Assembly: GCA_035221665.1 (NCBI GenBank)
Contig: CM069138.1
Coordinates: 86,738,001 to 86,802,000, forward strand
Length of the DNA stretch: 64,000 nt
DNA from: Okamejei kenojei
Lineage: Eukaryota
Reading direction: 5' to 3'
The notes beneath the pieces were generated by a model that did no database searches, was not told where the DNA came from, and worked only from the letters and a program-made list of their open reading frames with translations. Made by a program: the position numbers and the translations under genes. Of this stretch, positions 49,269 through 62,000 are shown piece after piece (position 1 is the first letter of the stretch; every line of letters begins with the position of its first letter).

Positions 49269-51251
49269 TGTACGGTTAATTCTTCATATACAGATCATAG
49301 TCTGGTCAAGTTCAATATTAAAATGAGACGATAATACTAATGCTTACACGGTGTTTTTAACAATGAAATGTTTCACAGCTTATCAAGCAATGAATTACCT
49401 TTTAGACTGCAGTTCCCATTGAGAAAACAAAGACATAATAAGCATGGTACAGGGAGAAGGAGGAAAACAGAAGGAATTAACAGATCAGTAACTCGACTCG
49501 TGCATATTCCCACTGAGTCGTTCTGAAAACAAAGGTGCATCAGCCTTGAGATAAAGTTACTCATCCTTGGTTGCCTTTTTATTATCGGAATAGAACTGTA
49601 GTGGACCTGAACCTGACAGACTCAGACGAGTAGGGGATAATACACAGGAGGCATTTCAAATTAAACAAGAACAAATTGAAGAGCATTGCAAACAGTAAAA
49701 TAAAATGGTGTTTTTCTTAACACGAGTAGGGTTGGAACTAATCAATCTCAGGCCACGGAGCTAAGGATAGCAACAGTTTGATAAAAGCCTATGGTTAAAG
49801 TTTTATTTATCCTATTTATGTTTGTATCCGATGGCATTGGGGTTAAAAGAGAAGCTAATTTTCACCATTTGCTCAGAATTAGGCAACATTTATCCCCACG
49901 CTCCCGTTCCATTCTCGGTCACCTGTACTCATTAACTTAGGGTTTGGACACGCAAAAGGGCAAACTTAAAACCTGCCTTGTTGTGCAAACTGTAACGTTC
50001 TGCCCCTTCCCAGAGCTTACCCCAACATCTTGAGAACCAGAGAGTGAACTGTGCATCATCAGCATAGTTCACGCTGTGACAGTAATTTCAATGATAGTGG
50101 GCACTGTCAGTGGGGTGGAGAGAGCAATTTAAATTTCTCCTTTCACTTTTGTGAGCTCCTTGCATATGTGAACCCTGACCCATCACGGTGGAACTCCACT
50201 CAAAGAGACCAGACAGACAGAATGGCTCGGAGAATGAGCACAAGCAGCACATTGATTCACATATTAACACGGGAGAAAATACAGTCAGTCAAAGGCAAAC
50301 ACTTCTATTTAAAAGAACAAGTACCTAGACAGCATTGGGCAAGACAATGGTTAGAATTTTAGAAACTTGGAAGCCATTCTTTGGAAATAAAGGCTCATTT
50401 TTTTCTTTTGAAAGGAATTTTATTAATAGAATGCTATAACTGTTACACAACTCTGACAATACCAGGGCTTTTTAATCCACTCCCTTGGTTAAATCAATAA
50501 CGATTACTTATGACACATGACTCAAAATACTTATGACTTGGGTTTTCCCAAATCAACTAAAAGCATTGCAGGTTCTACAGATTTTTGTTCCACAGCAGAT
50601 TTCACTGAAGTTGCCAAATGTAATTTTGAAGACAGCACAAAAACCTGTAAAGTCAAGGATGTGTGGTAACCTTCATTCTGCCTCGTAGCAAGGTAGGAGA
50701 CAAGCAACTCTGAGCAACCGCAGAGATTTAAACATTGTACTTGGATTATAATAGATTTTGCCGGTTTACATATTGGCAACTGTGAGAACTGTTTGAAACA
50801 GGAGGCCACCAAATGGCATGGCCCAACTTCCAACGAAACATGCAAAATCCACGCAGCACTTTTTGAAACCGGCTGCCCCATGGCAGGCATAGGAAGAACA
50901 TCCTAATGTAGCGAATGTTTTGGCAATTTATTGAAATACTTTTTTGGCAAACAGAGAATGCCGAGCTTTCAGTGATTTCGTTCAGAACCCTGAAGAGCCG
51001 AAAGGTGTGTTGTCTTCTTTTAAAAGTGCTTAGGGCAGCCGCAGAGCAGGAGTACACCAGTTTACCAGGAAATATAAACTGACCCAACAATAAGCCTGAC
51101 ACCAGGACGGCAATCAGAGCACATGATGACTGTCCAGGTGTTTCACCTCTCAAACCTCCCCCTTCCTCCACCACAACCTCACTCTTTTTTTCAGTGGTTG
51201 GGAACCTTTTTAACTCCAATTTTAGGACAGTCATTCAGATTGAGAAACTAA

Positions 51252-51583
51252 TAGCCCTGTCCCACGGTACGAGTTCATACCAAGAGCTCTCCCGAGTTTA
51301 AAAAAAAATCAAACTCGTGGTAAGCACGGAGAACGAACGTAGCGGGTACGTCGGAGCTCGGGGACGTCTCTTAGCGGCTCGTTACGCTAACGGCAGGTCC
51401 TCGGGAAGACTCGCTAACGGCAGGAAAGCACGGGAAGACTCGTGAAGATTTTTCAACATGTTGAAAAATGTCCACGAGAGCCCCGAGTACCGACGAGCGG
51501 CCATTACCGTAAATCTCCGAGTTCGAATCAGGGCAAACTCGGGAGAGCTCTTGGAATGAACTCGTACAAGTGGGACAGGGCTT
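51252..51583. mobile_element. PIF/Harbinger-type MITE (family B-related, young)
   Basis: TAA TSD at 51249-51 and 51584-86; TIR WAGCCCTGTCCCAC with ~47-bp inverted arms; CpG-rich; shares ctccgagttcgaatcaggg with 25299-25606. Confidence 0.9.
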
Positions 51584-53024
51584 TAAGCACTTCCCGGTGA
51601 ATTTAGGTAAAGTAATTAGATAGAGCACTCAAGTATGGGAAAGAACAGGCTTTTTCTGAGGAGGTGTGAAAGCAGACAAGTTTAGAGCAAACTGTTCAGA
51701 GCTCAAAAGGACTCTGGAACCTCGGCAGGACATATAAATATGAAGCTGCTTGTATGTATATACATTACCTACACTAGAGCAACATCTATGCTTGGCTCTG
51801 AGGAAGTAACATGATGGTTAAAACAACAAGCTATTGGTCGTAATAATTTTAATCCTGATACTTCCCAATTTGCAGGAGTAACAAGCTTCCTGCTCGCACA
51901 TGTCCTGCATATGAAACTATTCATAAATGGGGCTTGAGGAAAGGTCGTGGCGTGAGGATATATTACACACTTTAAATGCTGATAATCAAAACATCATATA
52001 ATCACTGCCCAGCTTCAGTTACAATTCTGGGTTATGAAAAAAAAACAAGGTGAATGAGGATTCGATCCTCTCCTGAATCACGAACATTTTAGCTCCACAT
52101 TCCTGGCTGTGGGATAAGGTCTGGGGTATTTTACTAGTAATCAATCTTCAGTCCCAAGAGGCCACTTATGAACCTGCAAAGTCCCAGTCACATTTGTGTA
52201 GATTTACCCTTAAAAGGGGGAAAAAAAACTAATGAAACACTTTGCTTCTTAATGTCACTCCACTTTTACCACGAGCAGGCACATCCTCAATTGGACTCTG
52301 GTCCTTGCTTTACAAACTCTGGGCGATTAACGTGATCTAGAATGGATGTATTGATAATACTCAGTTGAAGATTAAAACGATAACCAATTCCTATCCTCTA
52401 AAAATTGGATACAAAATGACGACTAGTAACTCAGAAGCCCTTTAAGTAGCACCCGGATAGTCGCCGTTATGTTTGTGATGTCCAATTAGATTTATTTATT
52501 GGTCGCACAGTAGCGAAAAAACACTAAGATTTTCAGATGTAAAACACATTGTTAAAGTTTTTTTAAATAATTGAAGTATCAATTGTCAGTTTCCTCATAA
52601 ATTATATTTTATGAGGAAACTGACATTATCCCCAAAATCCCCCAAATCCCTCTTTTCTGAAAGCCCCCAGGGTCCGTTCGATGGGATCGGGTGCACAAAG
52701 TTCAGTATTGAAATGTTACATGTGGCCAATTCAGAAAGTACAAGTCTGATCTCTGCTATTTTTCCTACTTCTCCGCTTTATGGAATCACTCAATGTAGCA
52801 ATTCATATTTCAGTGCAATTGCCTAAATTAATAGAAATACCAGCGGCAGCAAATAAAAGATATTATCTCAAATCTTCCTGCTCTCCAATTGGCAGTCTCA
52901 GTGAACACTGGCAAGTGCCACTTCTTAAAATCGGTCGTCTAAATATGGACCTGTGAAGAGATGCATGAACTCAAGTATGCCTCATTTAGCTGCAATCTGC
53001 CCCAAAGTTAATATTTGTTAATAT

Positions 53025-53316
53025 TTAGATTTCAGACTTCAGTGATGCAGCGCAGAAACAGGCTCCACAGCACACCAAGTCTGCGCCGACCAGCGACCCC
53101 CCCCCCCCCAAACCCGTACACTAGCACTTTCTTACGGGGGGGCAATTTTACCAAAGCCAATTAATTTACAAACCCGAATGTGGGAGGAAACTGGAGATAC
53201 CAGGAGAAAAATCCACGAGGTCACAGATAGAACGTACAAACTCCACACCAACAGCACCCGCAGTCAACTGGGTCTCAGGCACGGCAAGACAGCAACTCCA
53301 CCACTGCGCCAGTGTG
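53025..53316 (-). mobile_element. HE1-type V-SINE
   Basis: Tail tttagatttcagacttc, V-domain gtgggaggaaactggagat..agaacgtacaaactcc, head ccactgcgcc. Confidence 0.8.
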
Positions 53317-54227
53317 ACGCCCACATTTCTCCGATGTCGCCACGATAAGATTTGTTTCTGCGCTGAAGATACTTGTCAATGGACACTAAAGTGCAGCAAT
53401 GTATCTTGGAGAAAAACACAAAGTGCCAAACTAACTAGCCTTTTTTTTCTGTTGCCCCATTCTGCACAATTCCCAATGTACACATCACTAATTCCATCGT
53501 TTCTCAAGGCAGACATTGTCTATAAAGATGCAATGAGCCGTGTCTTTTTCAAGTTCAAACATTTTATAAAATTATGATTTCAATTTCAAAACTTTCTTTT
53601 GAGTACGGTTAGCTATCTCCTCCATCTGTGTTTGTGTGTGACAACAGCCTGTTAAAACTGATCGCATGCCACAACCTGCCAAGAAAATAGCATCCAAGGC
53701 CAAGTGGACACGGGCAACTAAATTCTTGCCACGACTCACTTTGAAAATATCAACCTCCCTCAGTGGTACTTTAGACATTTAAGCTTACAAGTTAAAAGAA
53801 TTGCATTTCACAATTTGTGTATAATTTCAGCAACATCCAACCACAAACCCTAGCAATTACTTCCAGTATAGTCTTCATATCGTTATCAGTAAATGAAAGT
53901 GCAGGAACTTTCTCTTATTTTAGAAAAAAACATCTAAGTGAGCCAGTTTAGCAAATAACCAGACCTTCACTTGAAATTCAGGCTGTTGCAAGCAAGGCAT
54001 CAGTAGTTGTACAGAGGACTCTGCCGTAAGCGAAATCAATCTGTCAAACTACTTCAGGCTGGATTTTGCCAATTTCTATATTCGGTTGATCTCGGAAACA
54101 TTTTGCTCTTGATTCTGTGCTAATCACCTTTGGGAAATAGTTAAAGATCTTCATAAGGATGACACAGTGGTTTTCTGTTAAGGGCCGCAGAGTGGCACAG
54201 CCGTTAATGTTGCTAGGAGGGTGAGGT

Positions 54228-54560
54228 ATGGTGACACGGTGGGTAGTGCAGATGCCATCAGCTCCAGCGATCTGGGTTTGACCCTGAACTCCGGTACTCT
54301 CTGCGTGGTGTTGGCATGTTCTTCTTGTAACACTGTGGGTTTCCCTCAGGTGCCCTGCTTTCCTCCCACATTCTGAAGGCCTTCTGGTTGGTAGATAATT
54401 GGCTCTTGTAAATTACCCCTGGTGTGGGTGAGCAGTAGGTTAATAGGCACGCAAGAGAGAACGGATTACAGGGAAATAAATGGGGGAGCAAGATGAATGG
54501 GATTACTCGAAGAGCTGACTAGGCTTGATGGGTTTAATGGCCTCCTAAATCCTAAGAAAA
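54228..54560 (+). mobile_element. Older HE1-like SINE
   Basis: cagctccagcgatctgggtttgaccctgaactccggt..gcatgttc..tttcctcccacattctgaagg; tail gggtttaatggcctcct. Confidence 0.65.
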
Positions 54561-57500
54561 TCTAAATAAGGACCGGAAATGTTTTTTGAGAATAAACTAA
54601 ACCTGTGCACGCTCAACATTATTCAGCTCGCTGATGACCCACAAAAAAAACAAAGATAGGCTCCCAAAATAGCTGGTGCAATAGTCTGATGTGATATTTT
54701 CCCAAAAACTGAGCAAAAATGGCACCAAATACATTCACGACTGCAAATTATACACATCCTACAGGCCGTGATGCAATAATGATGATATCTACCCGACTGA
54801 ATACTGAAACATGGCTTTTGGGGTAAATGCAAAAAGCAGCTTTCTCAAGAAGTCTTTAGTATAAATATTTTAGAGCCAAAGCTTCAGAAGAACTGTCAGT
54901 TCCGTGCTGGAGTATTGATTAGGTTTTCAGTTGTGAACCAGAGGCATTTCCTTCCATTCGTAGCAGCCCATTAAGCTGATCAGAGAACAACCCCCCCCAC
55001 CCCTCCCCACCTCAAAAAAAAAAGCCTTTTGCACAAAATAACAAATGATATTATTGCTGTGTGCTCACACCTACACACCAAAAGTAAACTGCAATGAAAA
55101 TCTTCAATGTGTGAAGGCACTCATAAATTATGCAAGAGCAGCATTAAGATATTCTGAGGAAACAATTTTTTTTTAAAGAAAAAGGAATGACCTACAACAG
55201 ACATGATGCATTGTGACAGAAATAAAATGCTGGAGAACTGCTCTTTGTACTGGGAGCTCATCATCGAGTACCAGAATAGTTAGCACTCAGAGTCCTGTAA
55301 ATTATCACTAGTCAAGGCCATTGATTTTCCGTGTATTATTTCTTTGGGATCAGAGGAACAATACAGCCCTGCTAACCCCTTCCGAGCAGCTTCGCCATTC
55401 ACAAGACTGGGGTCTGATTTGCCAGCACAGGCTCCTTACATTTTTTTCACCCACTTTTTCCCTCAGTCTTGGGTCCATCCTGTACAATACATCCTTTTGT
55501 CCTGATATTCCCCCCTCCTTTTGCTGTCACATCACGTTTCTAGACACCACGTGTGGATTAGTTTGCAGATGATTTCTATAGGGCAAGTTCAACCTCTCCC
55601 ATTTATGAAAGACTCAATTTAATTTGCTTGCACAAACAGCAAACCTCCCTCTCTTTCTCTCTCTCTTTCGCTCTCTCCCCCTCCCTCCACCACCCCTCTC
55701 CAAAACCACCATCCCTTCCCCCCCCCCCTGCCCAAAGCCCTCGGGTTACAGGCATTATCACAAGTCTTTACAACGCAAGCCAGGAAAGACGATAAGAGTC
55801 GGCCTGCCCGCAAGGCCCGGCAGACCAGTCTCAACTGGTTCTCAAGATAAAAACTGAGCAGAGTCGGCTTTTTACCCCCTCAGCCAAAAGACCCAGGAGC
55901 ATTTATACTGTCAGCAGGTAAAGAAAAAAAAAAACTGCTCGATGACTGTGACACTTTCATCAAAAGTCTGGAGCCAAGCCAAGTTCATATATGTTCATGG
56001 ACAGCCATCATCAGCGCCTCCAATCCTCTCCCCTCCCCCACCAAGCCCTCCTCCACCCCTGCCAGTCTACTCTTCTACCCCTCAGCTCCTAAAAGCTAGA
56101 CATAGATTATGTCTGCCTTTCCCTTTCTATTCGGGATAAACAAAGTGCTTCAAGTTCAGGGCACACCCTGGGACCTATGACAAAGCAATCTATCATTCTG
56201 TCTGCTAAACCAGTCTGGCTGCACCAAGGCTAAAGAGACTAATGGTTCAAATGTACAATTTCCCTTTGTGCTGCTGCCCCGGTGCTGCTAACCCCTTTCT
56301 TTACCGTCTTCAGACGAGCAGATGTGCTTGACCGCTCTGTGTAAGCCCCTCCCAGCCAAGTTAGGTTTCATAAAAAGCTGAAGAGGAGGAAAATCACAAA
56401 GCTATATTAAATGAAAAGAAAGTGACTGTTCCTTTCCTCTTGCTTGAAAAGTTTAAAAAAGAAATTCATGCGTCTTGATGAAAGTAATTTCTAAATAACA
56501 GGATTTTAAAAGCTGCTACTGGTGATCCTGAAAAGAACGGGGTCAAGGAAACGGCAAATAAATTATTACAGGATGCCCTTGCTACTTCAAATGTTTCACT
56601 TGTGGCAAATAGGTTTGGAAAACATTTCTGTTAGAACTTTCCTTGCTTAAGAAGCTTTCAAGCTGTTTTTCAGTCAGGCTCTTTACAGATAGTCGCTTGC
56701 GCACATCACGCATTCCTAATTCTGTTTGTCTCTGTGTACATTAGACATTTTAAAGTACTTCATTTAGCTCTTGATCACTTGTATCTGTGCACATTTAAGG
56801 CAGCATCAGGTTTAGATTGATCTTTAATAAATCTACTCTGGGGGTGGTTTATTTTAGATAAACCATTTTCTGGGCTGGTGTGCACAGATTGGTTCATTAA
56901 CAGCTCATGCAGTGAGCTGAATCCATTCACGTCTGCACAGGGAAACCAATTCAGATTGATCTGAAATAGGGAAATTACCATAGGGAGCAGATAGCCAAAC
57001 AGGTCGGACTCAAGCTGTCAATAAGCTGATTTATTAAAGACCGATTCAAACCGATGTCGCTATTCACGCAGCCATTGAGCAGCGACACCCACCGACTCTC
57101 CCGTCCTCACACTTCTGCACTGCCAGGATTTGATCTGAACACATCAAAAGCAAAATGAACCAGGTTCGAATTCAAAACTTTTGAAGGATTTACTATAAAG
57201 CCCACCCCCCCCCCCCCCCCCTTCCCATTATGCTGTTCACCATTGTACATTGTAATGTGTGCTAGGTTTCGTTCAGTTTGCATTTCTCGAGAGGAAAGTC
57301 GGAACACATTGGAGGAAAGCACGACTCTCAAACACTTTACTTGGATCAAGCTGGTTTCACTTCTCTACGTACACATTATAACCCCGATCGTTTCTGATTG
57401 AAGCAAAGGACATAGGTTAATATAAATCCAAACATTCAACAACGGCAGCCAACCATTCCTCGGAAAGAGTAGCATTCCCAAATTAATGTGATATACTGTA

Positions 57501-58230
57501 TGGTAAGCTGCTGCTGCGGTGGGGGGGGGAGAGATGATGAGGAATTATATTCACTGTTTGCATCTTCCACCCAAATAGAAAGGACAGATCCTCATTCATC
57601 CTCCATATTAAATTGAATAGAATCTCCATTGCTTATTATCAAGGCTCCTTACATTTGAATTCCTTGGTAAAGATCAGCTTTGTCATCAGCCTTAATTCTA
57701 GTTCTTTGATGCGAAAATCAGCGATTAAAAAGTAGCAGTTGCAAACTGCTCATCTATTCATCAGTCTGCAGTAACAACGATCTCTAAGGATATTTTTTTT
57801 TTTTAAAACACTACTCGTGAAAGTGTTCAGGTTTTCGGAGACAGATTCTCTCCAACAAGCTCAGGCAATGGGTACGTTTAATTTTCCTTCCGTTTTGTGT
57901 GGTGGCCGTGATCAGTGCAATTAAGCAAAAAATTCCTCAGTGCATCAAAGTGCTGTAGTATTTTCTCGTGCAAAAATTGAAAAAAGCAACATTTTTTATC
58001 AAACGGCAAAATGAGAGATTTAATTCAGCAGTATTTAACTATTCTGTTGGGAAGAGGGCATGAAGCCAAAGTCAGGTCATTCTAACTGTTTTGCAGACAC
58101 ACGACAGCAGAACAAACAACATGGCATGGAGCACCTTGCTTATACTGTATCACTAGACACATTATTTCACCTATTCCACCCCATCCTTCCCGCTAGCCTT
58201 CAGTTCTCTACGTACAAAAAAAGTGTGTGT

Positions 58231-58263
<33 letters not shown>

Positions 58264-58882
58264 AACGTAAATTATCCATTAGATTTCGTCGTATCTTGAT
58301 AATGCAATTACATCAAGAAAATTATAGCGCGTGTGGAATCAATTATGCATGCACTTGGACCAGGACCAAAGGCTACAAAGTCAGATAGGACTGCGCACAC
58401 TGAAAAAAAAAAACTAGAACTCACAGATGGACCCCATCAGTTCATCTTACTGTCTAAAAAGTTCATGCACTTAATAATTTATTTGTGTTCTGGATACTGT
58501 TTCGCCGATGAATATTAACAACTCTGAAGCAAGCTTTCAGCACAGCAGAGCGGGGAGGATGCGGGCAGCTAGCAGCTTTTGACTACAGCATCTTTGGGAA
58601 AAGAGCCACAGTGGCAGCTTCTGTGCTAATGCAGAAAACATGATCAGAAGTGATTAACAACAGCTTCATATGCAAATTACATTAATAAAGGAGTGCAAAG
58701 TCATCATGTAAATTAAACATGTCAAATCTCTTGGTGAACTTTCAATCTTGAGGAAAGGGGGGAGAAACTGGCACTGCTTTAATTTACAACATCAATTTTC
58801 CGAGCTCTGAAACACTCAAGTCTTGGCGATACAAACAATTTTCACCTTTTTTTCCCGCAGCATTCTGACAGGCCAGTCTGAT

Positions 58883-59078
58883 NNNNNNNNNNNNNNNNNN
58901 NNNNNNNNNNNNNNNNNNNNNNNNNNNNNNNNNNNNNNNNNNNNNNNNNNNNNNNNNNNNNNNNNNNNNNNNNNNNNNNNNNNNNNNNNNNNNNNNNNNN
59001 NNNNNNNNNNNNNNNNNNNNNNNNNNNNNNNNNNNNNNNNNNNNNNNNNNNNNNNNNNNNNNNNNNNNNNNNNNNNNN
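58883..59078. other. Assembly gap (196 N)
   Basis: Run of N. Confidence 1.
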
Positions 59079-62000
59079 CAGCAAGATTCATCCAGAAAGC
59101 GCAGGTTGTTCTGAGCTATTTTTTAAAGTTTTTTTTTTAAATGCAAAAATATTAGATCCGTTAATCTAAGTTGGCTGCGAATAAAAATCCTCAAGACAAG
59201 TCTCGGGAACAATAACGACGCCAGGATAATAACACATATTGGCATCTGTGGATCTAAATTATCATTCGGAAACGTACCAATAGAAGTCTAACAATGAGCA
59301 ACACACACTCACAATCTGCATACATTGATTAAAAACACACACATGACAATTAGCTAGCTGTGAGTGCTGTGAGACAATATTGCATATGGTGCAACATTTA
59401 TAATATTCAACTGTGGGGTATCGGACAATGGCTAACTCCACAATATGGGCTAGCAGCAAATACATTATGTAAAATTTTGGGGGGTTTTCATCAAATGAGC
59501 AAATACAAGATGGATGGTTACAACATTGTACCTAATGCTCTTCAGCATGTTTTCTAGGTTTTCAGAATCATTCAGTAAAAATAAATCAGTTTCATGCAGG
59601 AAAGGGGTAATAAGGAGAACAAATACCAGGGTTTAGTGGAAAAATAGCTCTCAGCGTTATCAAGGTTTGTTTGACATTTAATTTGTGATTGCATAAATAT
59701 CAGCGCTGTTGAGCCCATTGCCCACTGGTCTCTCTTTTACATCAGAGTCCATCAAGGAACTCTGCGATCACCAAACCCGCGAACAGGGCTGTGGAAATGA
59801 AGAGGAAATGACAAGCAGCTGCTCCATCAAATAGCCACAGTCATTTGAGCATTTCAAAAGAAAACCCAGGAGTAACAAGAGCAAAACACTTGTGGCCACA
59901 CGTTCTTCTGAAACGACTGCTGCCCGTGTATGTTAACAACATTCCAAGAATAAGGCAGCTCCCGGACTGCAGCTCACCATGGAGGAACACTTCACTGTCG
60001 GAATATCATGATATGGGTGAGCTCTTCGTCTTTCTCACTGCTAATCCCGACCAACCCATTTCTCACACTAAACAATAACGTTGTATCGCAGTGTGATCAA
60101 ATAAACGCAAAATGCAATTATTAAAAATTAGATGGCTAATTCAAAAACAAACTATTTCTTTATAATTGGTGGAAAATCTTCCCCTCCTGTTTCCAGAAAC
60201 ACTCCCTCCCCAGAGCCCAAAGCCACGTATTAAAGCTAAAATGGATGTATATTTGATTGCCCAAATATTGTTCTCCCTTCATTAATGAAACAACTAATCA
60301 ATCTATTTGAAAACTATGTTAAAGAACCATAAGAATGGCCCAAGTTGCCACTTAAGTATGCACTCAGAACCAAATATACTGTGTGAACATCATTCTTTAT
60401 TAGACCCAGCTAACTGGTTTCATATTTAGCCAAAACACATGATAATTCCTTAAGGCAAAATATTTATAATACTGATCAGATTTCGTGTTTTATACTGTGA
60501 TTAAATGGGCGTCTTGCTCAGATATACAGTAGGTGCCAATATAACAAACGTAACTGATAACTTCCACTTTAGTGGAAAACAATTGGCAAGGTCTGACTTA
60601 TTATAAAATTAATTTATCATTAGATAATGTTCATCACGTAATTGTGAAACTCTTTACAAGAATTTTCATTTGTTTAAAAAGGGCCGTGCCCATTTCCCAA
60701 ATGGTGCCATGCCCAGAGCTGCCATCTCTATCCTAGCACAATATTACAGTGCACTCATGAATAACATTAATATTACAGCATGGCATCTCACAGGACATTT
60801 ACATGATCCCATCTGAGCTTACACCTGAGGGCCACACTCAGACTTGGTAATTGAGCTCTGATTGTAAAGGCAAATGAAGAACACTAAAACCTGCTGGGAT
60901 CTGCGTTGACCTCTTTCCTCCCTGCACCTTGCTCTTTCCAGTGCCAAAGTGTTTCTCAGACACTGAATAGGAACATACTGAGACACTGGTCCCAATTCAA
61001 TATTGGGAGGGAGGGTGGGGTGGGGGCAGAGGGGAGCCAATGCAGAAAAAGGCAGAACGAGGGAAGAGAATATCGTAAAATGAGATGAACCCAGCGGGCC
61101 TGGTATGCACTGCTGCACCAGTGTTCAATATTAAACTAGTACGGAGCACGAAGCTGAATGCTTAAGATACCCAGTGCTCTGAGCTTTTGGGAAAGAGGTG
61201 GCATGATGCCAGGAAATGGCCGACTAGGCACTAAATGCTTTTATTCCACAAAGCCTTGCCAATATGAATGTAAAAATTTAGACAATGAATTATTCTCCAC
61301 CAAATAAACCAGTTTATTTTTAAATTATTCCTTACAGCTGAAAGTATATTGCAAAAATATATAATTTTATCAAAGAGAAGCTATCACAAGGAACAGAATG
61401 CCGGTGCCCTGGCTAGTTTGGCGTCAGCAGTCAGCCACCGATTACCAAGGTTAACAAATCATCCACTATATTAGGATACTGGTCTCGCTTTTACAATTTT
61501 ACAAAACTGGACAGACACAGCATTCTCCTAAACACTATCTAATTAAAGGAATCCACAAACCATTTTCAAATAAATGAAAGTAACAAAACAAAAATGCTTA
61601 CTCCCTCTGCCTTGCAGTGCACACTTAAAACCTCAGCACCATCAAAATAGACAATAAATAAAACTTTTAATCATCAGTCTGTTTAATGTAATGAGAAGCT
61701 TGTGGTCGCAGTACAATATTTATTCCCTTTACAATATTTCATAGCGGTTATTTCATAACAACATTGACGAGAATTTTAACAATTATAATCTATTTTTTAA
61801 TAGATACTTTGCAAATGTGAGCCGTGAAATTACACAAATTTGTCAAGAAACCAGTTCAAACTTTTTTCACCACGGCAAATAAGGAAGTGACAGCAGGGAG
61901 GGCTCGGAAGTGTATATGCAATCATATCGCTTAGTTTGTACAATGCAGTGTAATAAAGTACACATTTGTAATGCCTGTTGTTAAAGTAGTTTACGACACT

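Noticed and set aside
50746-51234. 162-aa minus-strand ORF
   Set aside because: No recognisable family motif or convincing splice boundaries; a plausible chance ORF.
58232-58262. Long poly-G runs (also 4653-4685, 18463-18486) as functional G-quadruplexes
   Set aside because: Homopolymer lengths are unreliable, one run lies inside a CR1 relic, and there is no independent support.
58816-59140. ORFs spanning the N run
   Set aside because: Artefacts of translating an assembly gap.
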